From an uncultured Eubacteriales bacterium (GTDB taxonomy: Bacteria; Bacillota; Clostridia; Oscillospirales; Oscillospiraceae): 32,000 nt of DNA. The translations under genes were made by a program, and so were the position numbers. The first letter of the stretch is position 1. Every line of letters begins with the position of its first letter. This document shows, piece by piece, positions 9,300 through 16,890 of the stretch. Below the pieces are notes generated by a model, which saw only the letters and a program-made list of their open reading frames with translations, was not told where the DNA came from and made no database searches. The DNA is taken from the NCBI GenBank assembly GCA_900316255.1, contig ONCI01000004.1, positions 44,690 through 76,689 of the forward strand, in the 5' to 3' direction.

Positions 9300-9338
9300 G
9301 ACCGTTGTTGAATTTTAAGCACAAGAGGAGCTGTTTCT

Positions 9339-10079
9339 ATGTCCGGACATTCCAAGTGGCACAACATACAGAAAACCAAGGGCGCGGCGGACGCCAAGCG
9401 CGCTCAGGCCTTTACCAAGATCGCCCGCGAGATGATCGTTGCCGTCAAGGAAGGCGGCGGCGGAGATCCCCGTTCCAATTCCAAGCTGGCTGCCGTTATC
9501 GCCAAGGCCAAGGCCGCCAATATGCCCAACGACAACATCAAGCGCACCATCGACAAGGCGTTGGGTGCCGGCAACACCGAGAATTACGAGAAGATCGTCT
9601 ACGAAGGCTACGGCCCCAAGGGCATTGCTGTCATCGTGGAGACTATGACCGACAATCGCAACCGCACCGCCGGTGAGATGCGCCATTATTTCGACAAATA
9701 CGGCGGAAACATGGGCGCTGCCAACTGCGTCAGCTGGTCCTTTGACCGCAAGGGCGTCATCGTCATCGATAACGAAGACGAAGAGCTGGACGAGGATACC
9801 GTGATGATGGACGCGCTGGACGCCGGTGCCGATGATTTTGAGGCCGAGGGCGAGACCATGACCGTCTATACTGGGGAAGACGACGTTGCCGCTGTCTCCG
9901 AAGCGCTGACCGATAAGGGCTACAAGCTGCTGGAGGCCCAGGTGGAGATGCTGCCCCAGAACGGCTACATCAAGCTCACCGATGAGGACGACATCAAGAA
10001 CATGCAGAAGATGTTGGACATGTTCGAGGATAACGACGATGTGCAGAACGTCTGGCACAACTGGGAAGACTCGGAGTAA
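9339..10079 (+). CDS. yebC: YebC/PmpR family DNA-binding transcriptional regulator
   Basis: Hallmark N-terminus MSGHSKWHNIQ..KGAADAKRA..F.K..REI. The product is 246 aa. RBS is GAGGAG. Confidence 0.93.
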   Translation: MSGHSKWHNIQKTKGAADAKRAQAFTKIAREMIVAVKEGGGGDPRSNSKLAAVIAKAKAANMPNDNIKRTIDKALGAGNTENYEKIVYEGYGPKGIAVIVETMTDNRNRTAGEMRHYFDKYGGNMGAANCVSWSFDRKGVIVIDNEDEELDEDTVMMDALDAGADDFEAEGETMTVYTGEDDVAAVSEALTDKGYKLLEAQVEMLPQNGYIKLTDEDDIKNMQKMLDMFEDNDDVQNVWHNWEDSE

Positions 10080-10161
10080 CAGCTTTTCGTTCCGACGAAG
10101 CATCGAAATGCTTTGCTGTTGAGTCGATCCGGAGCGATCCCTTCAAAACTGTCATGCTGAG

Positions 10162-10197
10162 ACCCTCTCGCTGTGATGTACGGCGAGAGGGTTTTTT
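10162..10197 (+). terminator. intrinsic terminator after yebC
   Basis: ACCCTCTCGC pairs with GCGAGAGGGT, followed by TTTTTT. Confidence 0.7.
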
Positions 10198-10339
10198 CAT
10201 GGAAAAATCTTTTCCTTTTTGATAAAACAGCTTGACTTCTGATCCTGCCCTGTGTTTGAATGATAATAGGCTATATCGCTAAAAGGTAAAACTGCATCGT
10301 CAACGAATATGAAAGCTGCTGATCGAAAGGAGGATCAAG

Positions 10340-10720
10340 ATGAAAAAATGGATCGCACTCGCACTTGCGCTTGTTCTCGTACTGTGCCTTGCCGCCTGCG
10401 GAGAAAGCGCGGAACCGGACCCCAACGCCGGGCTGTATGAGGCGGAATCCGCACAGATGTACGGTCTCAGCATCCAGATCTCCGATGTGTTTGAGGACGG
10501 CTTCTCTCTGGAGCTGAAAAACGGAGGCAAGGCCGTGTTTCATTATGAAGGCAAAGACTATAACCTGAAATGGACTCTGGATGGCGACGTTTTCCACGCC
10601 GAGGGCGGCGGAGCCGCACTGGACGGTACCTTGTCCGAGGGCGTGATGCTGCTGGAAAATGTGCTGGACAGCGGAATGGAGATCACCCTTGTGTGCAAAG
10701 AGCTTGCTCCGAAGAGCTGA
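10340..10720 (+). CDS. small lipoprotein, function unknown
   Basis: Signal peptide with lipobox MKKWIALALALVLVLCLAAC-GES. Strong RBS AAGGAGGA. Confidence 0.7.
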   Translation: MKKWIALALALVLVLCLAACGESAEPDPNAGLYEAESAQMYGLSIQISDVFEDGFSLELKNGGKAVFHYEGKDYNLKWTLDGDVFHAEGGGAALDGTLSEGVMLLENVLDSGMEITLVCKELAPKS

Positions 10721-10804
10721 GACCCTGTGATTCCCGGTTCGTGCATCGGATTCGTCATTCCTTTCTGTTAAATGGGATGACAATTCTTCCGCTTTGGTGT
10801 ATAA

Positions 10805-10838
10805 AAGGACGTGAGTGAAAGCTCGCGTCCTTGTTTTC
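10805..10838 (+). terminator. intrinsic terminator after the lipoprotein gene
   Basis: AAGGACGTGAG pairs with CTCGCGTCCTT (one G-U pair), followed by GTTTTC. Confidence 0.5.
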
Positions 10839-10892
10839 TATCTCAGGGGATGCGGGGAATGGCCAAATGCTTGAAGAGGGGAGGGCTCCGGC

Positions 10893-11387
10893 TTGAAACA
10901 ATGGATCCGGGATCATGCGATCGTTCTGACGCTGCTGCTGGTCCTCTCGCTGATGATCCTGATTTTTTCCTTTTCCGCCCAGCCGGCTGAAGAGTCCGAT
11001 GATACCAGCGGCTTTTTTGTCACTCTGATCCTGAAGATCCTGGTACCGGATTCTGATTCACTGGATCCGGAAGCAAAATGGGAACTGGAGCACAAGGTCT
11101 CTTTTGTCGTTCGGAAAACAGCACATATTACAGAATACGCCGTGCTGGGCTTTGCTCTGCTGCTCCATGTCATGGCTCTGCAGCTTCAATTGAAGATCCG
11201 GTTTCCCGGGCTCAGCGCTTTCCTTGTCGGAATGCTCTACGCGGTTTCCGATGAAGTGCATCAGCTTTTTGTCCCGGGGCGCAGCGGGGAAGGGAAGGAC
11301 GTTCTCCTGGACAGCGTGGGTGTTCTTCTGGGCGTCATCTTCCTTTCCTGGCTCCGCACCCTTCGCGTGAAAAGAAGACGGAGCTGA
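10893..11387 (+). CDS. VanZ-family membrane protein
   Basis: VanZ-like motifs RKTAHITEYAVLGFALL and SDEVHQLFVPGRSGEGKDVLLDSVGVLLGV. TTG start with RBS GGGGAGGG 7 nt upstream. Confidence 0.72.
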   Translation: MKQWIRDHAIVLTLLLVLSLMILIFSFSAQPAEESDDTSGFFVTLILKILVPDSDSLDPEAKWELEHKVSFVVRKTAHITEYAVLGFALLLHVMALQLQLKIRFPGLSAFLVGMLYAVSDEVHQLFVPGRSGEGKDVLLDSVGVLLGVIFLSWLRTLRVKRRRS

Positions 11388-11409
11388 TCCGAGTTCAGAT
11401 CCTGTGCTG

Positions 11410-11630
11410 CAAGAGGCGCGATAAAACGCGCCTCTCAAGCTGTCGACAAAGTGTCGACAGCTTGAGAGGCAAAAATGGGAACTTCCGAAAAGGTTCCCAT
11501 TTTTGCATGGATTGAACGTGAAGAGGGGATTCCCGTCCCCTCTTCACAATCTCCCCATGCGAGTCGGTACATCGCCGCATGGGCGAAGGATTGTCTACGG
11601 TCTGAGAGGCGCGATAAATCGCGCCTCTTG
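11410..11630. repeat. cluster of six consecutive stem-loops, including two copies of a hairpin of about 24 nt
   Basis: AGAGGCGCG-ATAAAA-CGCGCCTCT (11412-11435) recurs as AGAGGCGCG-ATAAAT-CGCGCCTCT (11605-11628). Between them are a perfect 17-bp stem (11431-11447 / 11453-11469), a 12-bp stem (11471-11482 / 11493-11504), a 10-bp stem (11520-11529 / 11536-11545) and an 8-bp stem (11554-11561 / 11576-11583). Confidence 0.65.
11471..11504 (+). terminator. bidirectional-type intrinsic terminator, probably ending the vanZ transcript
   Basis: AAAAATGGGAAC pairs with GTTCCCATTTTT, with an A-tract upstream and a T-tract downstream. Confidence 0.55.
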
Positions 11631-11735
11631 TCTTATTCTCTTTTGCCGAATACCCCCATTGGCCGATGCTATACCCTCTTGGGGTATGCGAAAGCAGAAA
11701 CGATCCCGATGAGCAGCACTCTCCTGAAAGGATGC

Positions 11736-11764
11736 TTGCGCCTGTCGCCGAAATATGATAAAAT
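11736..11764 (+). promoter_or_regulatory. candidate sigma-A promoter for ruvCAB
   Basis: TTGCGC (11736-11741), a 17-nt spacer, then TAAAAT (11759-11764) preceded by TGA (extended -10). It lies 20 nt upstream of the ruvC ATG. Confidence 0.4.
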
Positions 11765-11783
11765 AAGCTTTGGAGTTGATTCT

Positions 11784-12296
11784 ATGCGCATTTTGGGTAT
11801 TGATCCCGGCGTTGCCACCATCGGTTTCGGCGTGGTGGATACGGACCGGAATCGGATTGCTCTTGTCAAATGCGGGGTGATCACCACGCCCGCCCATACG
11901 CAGCTTTCCGGCAGACTGGAGCAGCTCTTTCGGGACATGGCGGATCTCCTTGACATTTTCAAGCCGGATGCTGTGAGCGTTGAGGAGCTTTTCTTCAATA
12001 CTAACATCACCACCGGCATCGCCGTGGCCCATGCCAGAGGTGTGATCCTGCTGGCCTGCCGCCTTGCCGGGGTGGAGATCTTTGAGTATACGCCGCTGCA
12101 GGTGAAGCAGTCTGTGGTGGGCTATGGGCGTGCGGAGAAAAAGCAGGTGATGGACATGGTCAAGCGCCTCTGCAATCTTCCCGCGCCCCCAAAACCGGAT
12201 GACGCCGCTGACGCTGTTGCGTTGGCCTTATGCCATGCGCGCAGTTCTACAAGTCTGTTGAATCGGGGAGGCAATAACGCATGTTCTACCACATAG
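11784..12296 (+). CDS. ruvC: crossover junction endodeoxyribonuclease RuvC
   Basis: MRILGIDPGVATIGFGVV, VEELFFN and PKPDDAADAVALALCH (catalytic acidic residues). The product is 170 aa. The part of track ORF 11475..12296 upstream of this ATG lies in the hairpin region and is rejected. Confidence 0.9.
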   Translation: MRILGIDPGVATIGFGVVDTDRNRIALVKCGVITTPAHTQLSGRLEQLFRDMADLLDIFKPDAVSVEELFFNTNITTGIAVAHARGVILLACRLAGVEIFEYTPLQVKQSVVGYGRAEKKQVMDMVKRLCNLPAPPKPDDAADAVALALCHARSSTSLLNRGGNNACSTT

Positions 12297-12889
12297 AAGG
12301 CATCGTTTCCGAGCTGGGCCAAAACCTGGCTGTATTGGACTGCGGCGGTCTGGGCTTTGCCCTGAACGTGACAGCCAATACGCTCAGCCGCCTGAAAAAC
12401 GGGGAAAAGGTCAAGCTCTATGTCACGGAAAGCATCGGCGAGGCCAATTTCGATCTCTTCGGCTTCTTTGATAAAGGGGAAAAGCGCTGCTTTGAAATGC
12501 TCATTGCCGTCTCCGGTATCGGCCCCAAGGCCGCCCTTTCCATTCTCAGTTACAACAGCCCCGAAAGCCTTGCTCTGGCCATCCTGAACGACGATATCAA
12601 GGCCCTGACCGTTGCCCCCGGCATCGGCAAAAAGATCGCACAGCGGGTCATTCTGGAGCTTAAGGACAAAATCGGCAAAGAACTGCAGAGCACCGACTGG
12701 TCCATGCCCTCTGTCAGCGCTCCTGCTGTCCAGGCAGGGGAGAACCGGGCTTTGAACGACGCCATTGCCGGCCTTGCCGTTTTGGGCTATTCCAGCGCAG
12801 AGCTGGGCCCCGTTCTGAAAACAATGGATCTTACCGGCCTTGACGCCCAGGCTATCATCAAAGCCGTACTGAAGCAAATGGTGAAGTGA
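12281..12889 (+). CDS. ruvA: Holliday junction branch migration complex subunit RuvA
   Basis: MFYHIEGIV... plus helix-hairpin-helix motifs VSGIGPKAAL and APGIGKKIAQRV. It overlaps the ruvC 3' end by 16 nt. Confidence 0.9.
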   Translation: MFYHIEGIVSELGQNLAVLDCGGLGFALNVTANTLSRLKNGEKVKLYVTESIGEANFDLFGFFDKGEKRCFEMLIAVSGIGPKAALSILSYNSPESLALAILNDDIKALTVAPGIGKKIAQRVILELKDKIGKELQSTDWSMPSVSAPAVQAGENRALNDAIAGLAVLGYSSAELGPVLKTMDLTGLDAQAIIKAVLKQMVK

Positions 12890-12952
12890 GACGCTTTCTT
12901 CTTTCCGCGCCATGCTGAAAACACATGATTTCAAATCCCGGAGGGATTTTCC

Positions 12953-13990
12953 ATGAGCATCAATTTTTCCGAAGATACCGGCGAAGTTCTGACCACCTCG
13001 GTCTCGCTTCCGGAAGATCAGGCGGAAGGCTCTCTGCGCCCCAGGACTTTGACCGAGTATATCGGCCAGGAAAAGGCCAAGGGCAATCTGGAGATCTTCA
13101 TCAACGCCGCCAAAATGCGCAATGAGCCCCTGGACCATGTGTTGCTTCACGGTCCTCCGGGCCTGGGCAAGACTACTCTCGCAGCCGTCATTGCCAACGA
13201 GATGGGCGTCAATATGCGCATCACCTCCGGCCCCGCCATCGAAAAGCCGGGCGATCTGGTGGCGATGCTGACAAATCTCAACGAAGGGGACATCCTTTTT
13301 GTGGATGAGATCCACCGCCTGAACCGCGCCTATGAGGAGATCCTCTATCCCGCCATGGAGGACTATGCCATCGACATCATCCTGGGCAAAGGTCCTTCCG
13401 CCAATTCCATTCATCTGGATCTGCCCCGCTTCACCCTCATCGGCGCCACCACCCGCTCCGGTCAGCTCACCGCACCCCTGCGGGACCGATTTGGCGTCGC
13501 CCTGCGTCTGGAGCTCTACAGTCCCAAGGAACTGCAGCAGATCGTCACCCGGTCTGCCGGGATCCTGAACGTGGACATCGAGCCCGACGGCGCTTTTGAG
13601 ATCGCCTCACGCAGCAGGGGAACGCCCCGTATCGCAAACCGGCTTCTCCGCCGGGTCCGGGACTTCGCCCAAGTCCGAGCCGACGGGGTCATCACCCGGG
13701 AGGTGGCGGATCTGGCCCTGAGCCGTCTGGAAGTCGATCACATGGGTCTGGATGCGCTGGACCGCCGGATGCTGCGCAGCATCATCGAGTTTTATAACGG
13801 CGGACCGGTGGGACTGGACACGCTGGCCGCCACCATCAACGAGGAAGCCGTGACCCTGGAAGATATGTACGAGCCCTATCTGCTGCAGCAGGGATTCCTT
13901 ACCCGCACCCCCAGAGGCCGTTGTGTGACCCGTCGAGCCTACGAGCACCTGGGCATTGCCTACATGGGCCAGCAGCAGTTGGACCTTTGA
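12953..13990 (+). CDS. ruvB: Holliday junction DNA helicase RuvB
   Basis: [12 protein letters not shown], Walker [10 protein letters not shown], Walker [16 protein letters not shown] and [18 protein letters not shown]. Confidence 0.96.
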   Translation: MSINFSEDTGEVLTTSVSLPEDQAEGSLRPRTLTEYIGQEKAKGNLEIFINAAKMRNEPLDHVLLHGPPGLGKTTLAAVIANEMGVNMRITSGPAIEKPGDLVAMLTNLNEGDILFVDEIHRLNRAYEEILYPAMEDYAIDIILGKGPSANSIHLDLPRFTLIGATTRSGQLTAPLRDRFGVALRLELYSPKELQQIVTRSAGILNVDIEPDGAFEIASRSRGTPRIANRLLRRVRDFAQVRADGVITREVADLALSRLEVDHMGLDALDRRMLRSIIEFYNGGPVGLDTLAATINEEAVTLEDMYEPYLLQQGFLTRTPRGRCVTRRAYEHLGIAYMGQQQLDL

Positions 13991-14042
13991 CCGTTCTGTA
14001 TGTAAATATCATAATTTTTCAATCGAAATTGCGAAAAAGTTA

Positions 14043-14070
14043 TTGACTTTGCCCGAAGCTTCGATATAAT
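14043..14070 (+). promoter_or_regulatory. near-consensus sigma-A promoter upstream of sigH
   Basis: TTGACT (14043-14048), a 16-nt spacer, then TATAAT (14065-14070), in an AT-rich intergenic region. Confidence 0.55.
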
Positions 14071-14101
14071 AAGGAATGTACGTTTGTAGTATTTATCATG
14101 A

Positions 14102-14725
14102 ATGATGCGTGACTATTTATCTTTGAGCGACAGGGATTTGCAGCGGCTCTCCGTACAGGAGGGGGACCGCGCAGCAGAAGAGATCCTGGCTTCCCGGTAT
14201 ATGCAGTTGGTGCGTGCCTGTGCCCGTCCGCTGTTTCTCGCCGGGGGAGACAGTGAAGATCTCAGTCAGGAAGGAATGTTTGGTCTCCTCTCGGCGATCC
14301 GGGAGTATGACCCCGAACAGGGCGCCAGTTTCCGCAGCTTTGCGGAACATTGCATTCGTATGCGCCTGTTTTCCGCTGTTAAAACCGCATCCCGCATGAA
14401 GCACCAGCCCTTGAACGACAGCATGCCCCTTGAGCAACTCTCCGACGACTCCAGTTCGCAGTTATCGGCAGCACCCGAATATTTTCGCCGCAGCCCGGAG
14501 GATTTGGTTCTGGCCAGAGAGAGCAAGGAAGAGCTGAAAGAACTGTTTGCACGGTGTTTGTCAAAGATGGAAAAGCAGGTCCTGGACCTTTTCCTGGACG
14601 GTCTTTCCTATCGCGACATCGCAAAAGCCCTGGATAAGGACGAGAAATCTGTGGATAACGCTGTGCAGCGTATCCGGCGCAAGTTGGCGCATTCCCTTCA
14701 CCCCGGCGATATCAGCATGAGCTGA
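14102..14725 (+). CDS. sigH: RNA polymerase sigma factor SigH (early sporulation / transition state)
   Basis: Collinear with my recollection of B. subtilis SigH: EDLSQEGMFGLLSAIREYD, SFRSFAEHCIRMRL, KTASRMKHQPLN, VLDLFLDGLSYRDIAKAL and KSVDNAVQRIRRKL. Confidence 0.8.
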   Translation: MMRDYLSLSDRDLQRLSVQEGDRAAEEILASRYMQLVRACARPLFLAGGDSEDLSQEGMFGLLSAIREYDPEQGASFRSFAEHCIRMRLFSAVKTASRMKHQPLNDSMPLEQLSDDSSSQLSAAPEYFRRSPEDLVLARESKEELKELFARCLSKMEKQVLDLFLDGLSYRDIAKALDKDEKSVDNAVQRIRRKLAHSLHPGDISMS

Positions 14726-14773
14726 TCGCAAATACAGCCGATAACGGCAACTATCAAAAGAGAGGATTCCAAA

Positions 14774-15052
14774 ATGTACGAAGACAAGACCTTAGTATGC
14801 AAAGAGTGCGGTAAAGAGTTCGTTTTCACCGCCGGTGAGCAGGAGTTCTACGCTGAGCGCGGCTTCCAGAATGAGCCTCAGCGCTGCAAGCCCTGCCGTG
14901 ACGCCCGCAAGAACGCGGCCCGCGGTCCCCGGGAGTTCTTCACTGCCACTTGCGCTGCCTGCGGCGGCGAGGCCAAGGTTCCCTTTGAGCCCAAGTCCGA
15001 TCGTCCCGTCTACTGCAGCGAGTGCTTTGCTAAGATGAGAGAGCAGGCCTGA
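14774..15052 (+). CDS. zinc-ribbon protein with two CxxC...CxxC units
   Basis: CKECGKEF...CKPCRD and CAACGGEA...CSECF. RBS is AGAGAGGA. The gene has its own terminator. Confidence 0.72.
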   Translation: MYEDKTLVCKECGKEFVFTAGEQEFYAERGFQNEPQRCKPCRDARKNAARGPREFFTATCAACGGEAKVPFEPKSDRPVYCSECFAKMREQA

Positions 15053-15065
15053 ACCGCCTGACAGG

Positions 15066-15100
15066 AAAGTGGGATGCGTTATGCGTCCCACTTTTTCTTT
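15066..15100 (+). terminator. intrinsic terminator
   Basis: AAAGTGGGATGC pairs with GCGTCCCACTTT (one G-U pair), followed by TTCTTTT. Confidence 0.7.
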
Positions 15101-15123
15101 TCACTTCAAAGGAGGAACGAAAC

Positions 15124-15324
15124 ATGGAAATCACCAGAGAAACTGTGATCGGCGAGATCGTGGCCAACTGCCCCGAGGCCATGCCCGCTTTCATGGAGAT
15201 CGGCATGCACTGCATCGGCTGCGCCATGGCCAGCGGTGAGACTGTGGAGCAGGCCTGTGCCGCCCACGGCGTCGATCCGGACGAGTTTCTGGAATATCTG
15301 AAGAAGTATCTGGAAACCGTCTGA
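15124..15324 (+). CDS. DUF1858-type small redox-disulfide protein (hybrid-cluster-protein-associated domain family)
   Basis: MEITRETVIGEIVANCPEAMPAFMEIGMHCIGCAMASGETVEQACAAHGVDPDEFL matches the DUF1858 pattern, including CxxC. RBS is AAGGAGGA. Confidence 0.72.
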   Translation: MEITRETVIGEIVANCPEAMPAFMEIGMHCIGCAMASGETVEQACAAHGVDPDEFLEYLKKYLETV

Positions 15325-15340
15325 GCAAAGAAGGTACCAA

Positions 15341-15367
15341 AAAAGCCGGATCGGATCCGGCTTTTTG
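15341..15367 (+). terminator. intrinsic terminator
   Basis: AAAAAGCCGG pairs with CCGGCTTTTT around an ATCGGAT loop. Confidence 0.75.
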
Positions 15368-15381
15368 TATAAGGAGACAGC

Positions 15382-16080
15382 ATGAACAGGCGTTTACAGG
15401 CTATTGAGCAGATGATCCATCCGGGGATCGGCACGATCGACGTGGGAACAGACCACGGCTATCTTCCGGTCTCTCTGGCGCAGCACGGCTATCCCGGTAC
15501 GCTGCTTGCATCTGATATTGGAGAAGGTCCTCTTTCCGCCGCCCGCCGCAGTGCCGAAGCGGCCGGTCTCGGGGATCGCATCCGTTTTCTGCTTTGTGAC
15601 GGGCTGGACCTCTGTGATCCGGAGGCTGTTGATACCATCGTCATCGCCGGCATGGGCGGTGATACCATATGCGGGATCCTGGATCGGGCCGAATGGTGTA
15701 TGCATCCCCGCTATCGCCTGATTCTCCAGCCCATGACCCGCGCCGAGGTGCTGCGGTACTGGCTGGTGAACAATGAATTTATTATAGAAGAGGAGCAACT
15801 GGTAGCAGACGGAAAAGAGATTTATTCGCTCTTTTCATCCCGCTTCGGCGGCTCTATGAAGCTCACGGATGCCGAGCTCTACACCGGAGCCTTTGCCATG
15901 TTGGAGATGGACCCGCTCTGGCCCGCCTTCCTCGCAAAACAGCTCTCGCGCTTTCATAAGCTTTTACAAGGTCTGCGGCGAAGCGGCCGCGAGCCGGGAC
16001 GGTTGGAACTGGCGGAGAGCATCAAAAAGGAACTGGAAAAGGAGAGTGCCAAATATGCCCACAGTGCAGGAGGTCTTTGA
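15382..16080 (+). CDS. trmK: tRNA (adenine22-N1)-methyltransferase
   Basis: TrmK/DUF633 motifs DVGTDHGYLP, ASDIGEGPL and IVIAGMGG, plus a coiled-coil C-terminus. It sits next to nif3, as in Bacillus yqfN-yqfO. Confidence 0.83.
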   Translation: MNRRLQAIEQMIHPGIGTIDVGTDHGYLPVSLAQHGYPGTLLASDIGEGPLSAARRSAEAAGLGDRIRFLLCDGLDLCDPEAVDTIVIAGMGGDTICGILDRAEWCMHPRYRLILQPMTRAEVLRYWLVNNEFIIEEEQLVADGKEIYSLFSSRFGGSMKLTDAELYTGAFAMLEMDPLWPAFLAKQLSRFHKLLQGLRRSGREPGRLELAESIKKELEKESAKYAHSAGGL

Positions 16081-16819
16081 ACAGCTGTGTGAATACGCGC
16101 CTCTGGAGCTGCAGATGGATTTTGACAATTCCGGTTTTCTCGTCGGCAGAGGAGAGCGGCCGGTGAAGAAAGCCCTGCTCTCCCTTGATATCACCCTTCC
16201 GGTGATTCGGGAAGCGGAGGATATGGGCGCGGACCTCATCATTTCCCATCATCCTTTGATCTTCCACGCTCTGAAGGAACTGCGTCCCGAAGGACCCGGG
16301 GAAAAGGCCCTGCTCCTGATCGAAAAGGGCATCGCTGCCATCTGCATGCACACAAATCTGGACCTTGCGCAGGGAGGCGTCAACGATGTTCTGATCCGGC
16401 TTCTCGGCGCGGAGCCCGAAGAAGCTCTGGACGCCGTCGGCTGCGGACGGGTAGGGGAGCTGCCGGTCGAAATGCCTCTTTCTGATTTCCTGGCACGTTG
16501 TAAAGATCGTCTCCGGGCCAAGGGGCTTCGCTATGTGGACGGCGGCAGACCGGTTCGCCGCATCGCTGTCATGGGCGGCTCGGGCGGGGATGCCTTCCGG
16601 GATGCGCTGGAAAAAGGTTGCGACACCTATGTGACCGCCGACGTCAAGTATCACGACTTTCTGGACGCTGCGGAGCTTGGCCTGAATCTGATCGATGCTG
16701 ACCACTTCTGCACGGAGGACCCTGTGATCCCCGTCCTGAATGACCGCCTGCAAGCAGCTTTCCCGGATGTGCAATTCACCGTTTCCAAGGCTCACCACCA
16801 GGCGATCTCCTTCTTCTGA
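16055..16819 (+). CDS. Nif3-like dinuclear metal centre protein (YqfO family)
   Basis: ATG at 16055 follows GGAGAG. Motifs DNSGFLVG, ISHHPLIF, HTNLD and DADHFCTE. The product is 254 aa and overlaps the trmK 3' end by 26 nt. Confidence 0.88.
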   Translation: MPTVQEVFEQLCEYAPLELQMDFDNSGFLVGRGERPVKKALLSLDITLPVIREAEDMGADLIISHHPLIFHALKELRPEGPGEKALLLIEKGIAAICMHTNLDLAQGGVNDVLIRLLGAEPEEALDAVGCGRVGELPVEMPLSDFLARCKDRLRAKGLRYVDGGRPVRRIAVMGGSGGDAFRDALEKGCDTYVTADVKYHDFLDAAELGLNLIDADHFCTEDPVIPVLNDRLQAAFPDVQFTVSKAHHQAISFF

Positions 16820-16833
16820 GCGCTGTTCTAAGC

Positions 16834-16890
16834 CGCCTCCGCTTCTCATACACTCGTAGCGACGAGACCATGAGAGCGGAGGCGTATTTT
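16834..16890 (+). terminator. hairpin plus T-tract whose 3' arm contains the spoIVA ribosome-binding site
   Basis: CGCCTCCGCTTCTCAT (16834-16849) pairs with ATGAGAGCGGAGGCG (16870-16884): 15 bp with one bulge. TATTTT follows and abuts the ATG at 16891. Confidence 0.5.

Noticed and set aside
10232-10267. A promoter for the lipoprotein gene (TTGACT at 10232-10237 with GATAAT at 10262-10267).
   Set aside because: The spacer would be 24 nt. With a 17-nt spacer the -10 is only TTTGAA. The evidence is too weak to annotate.
13991-14042. Possible Spo0A boxes (AATCGAA and TTGCGAA) upstream of the sigH promoter.
   Set aside because: Neither fits the 7-mer TGNCGAA without a mismatch or deletion. Such half-matches are common in AT-rich spacers.
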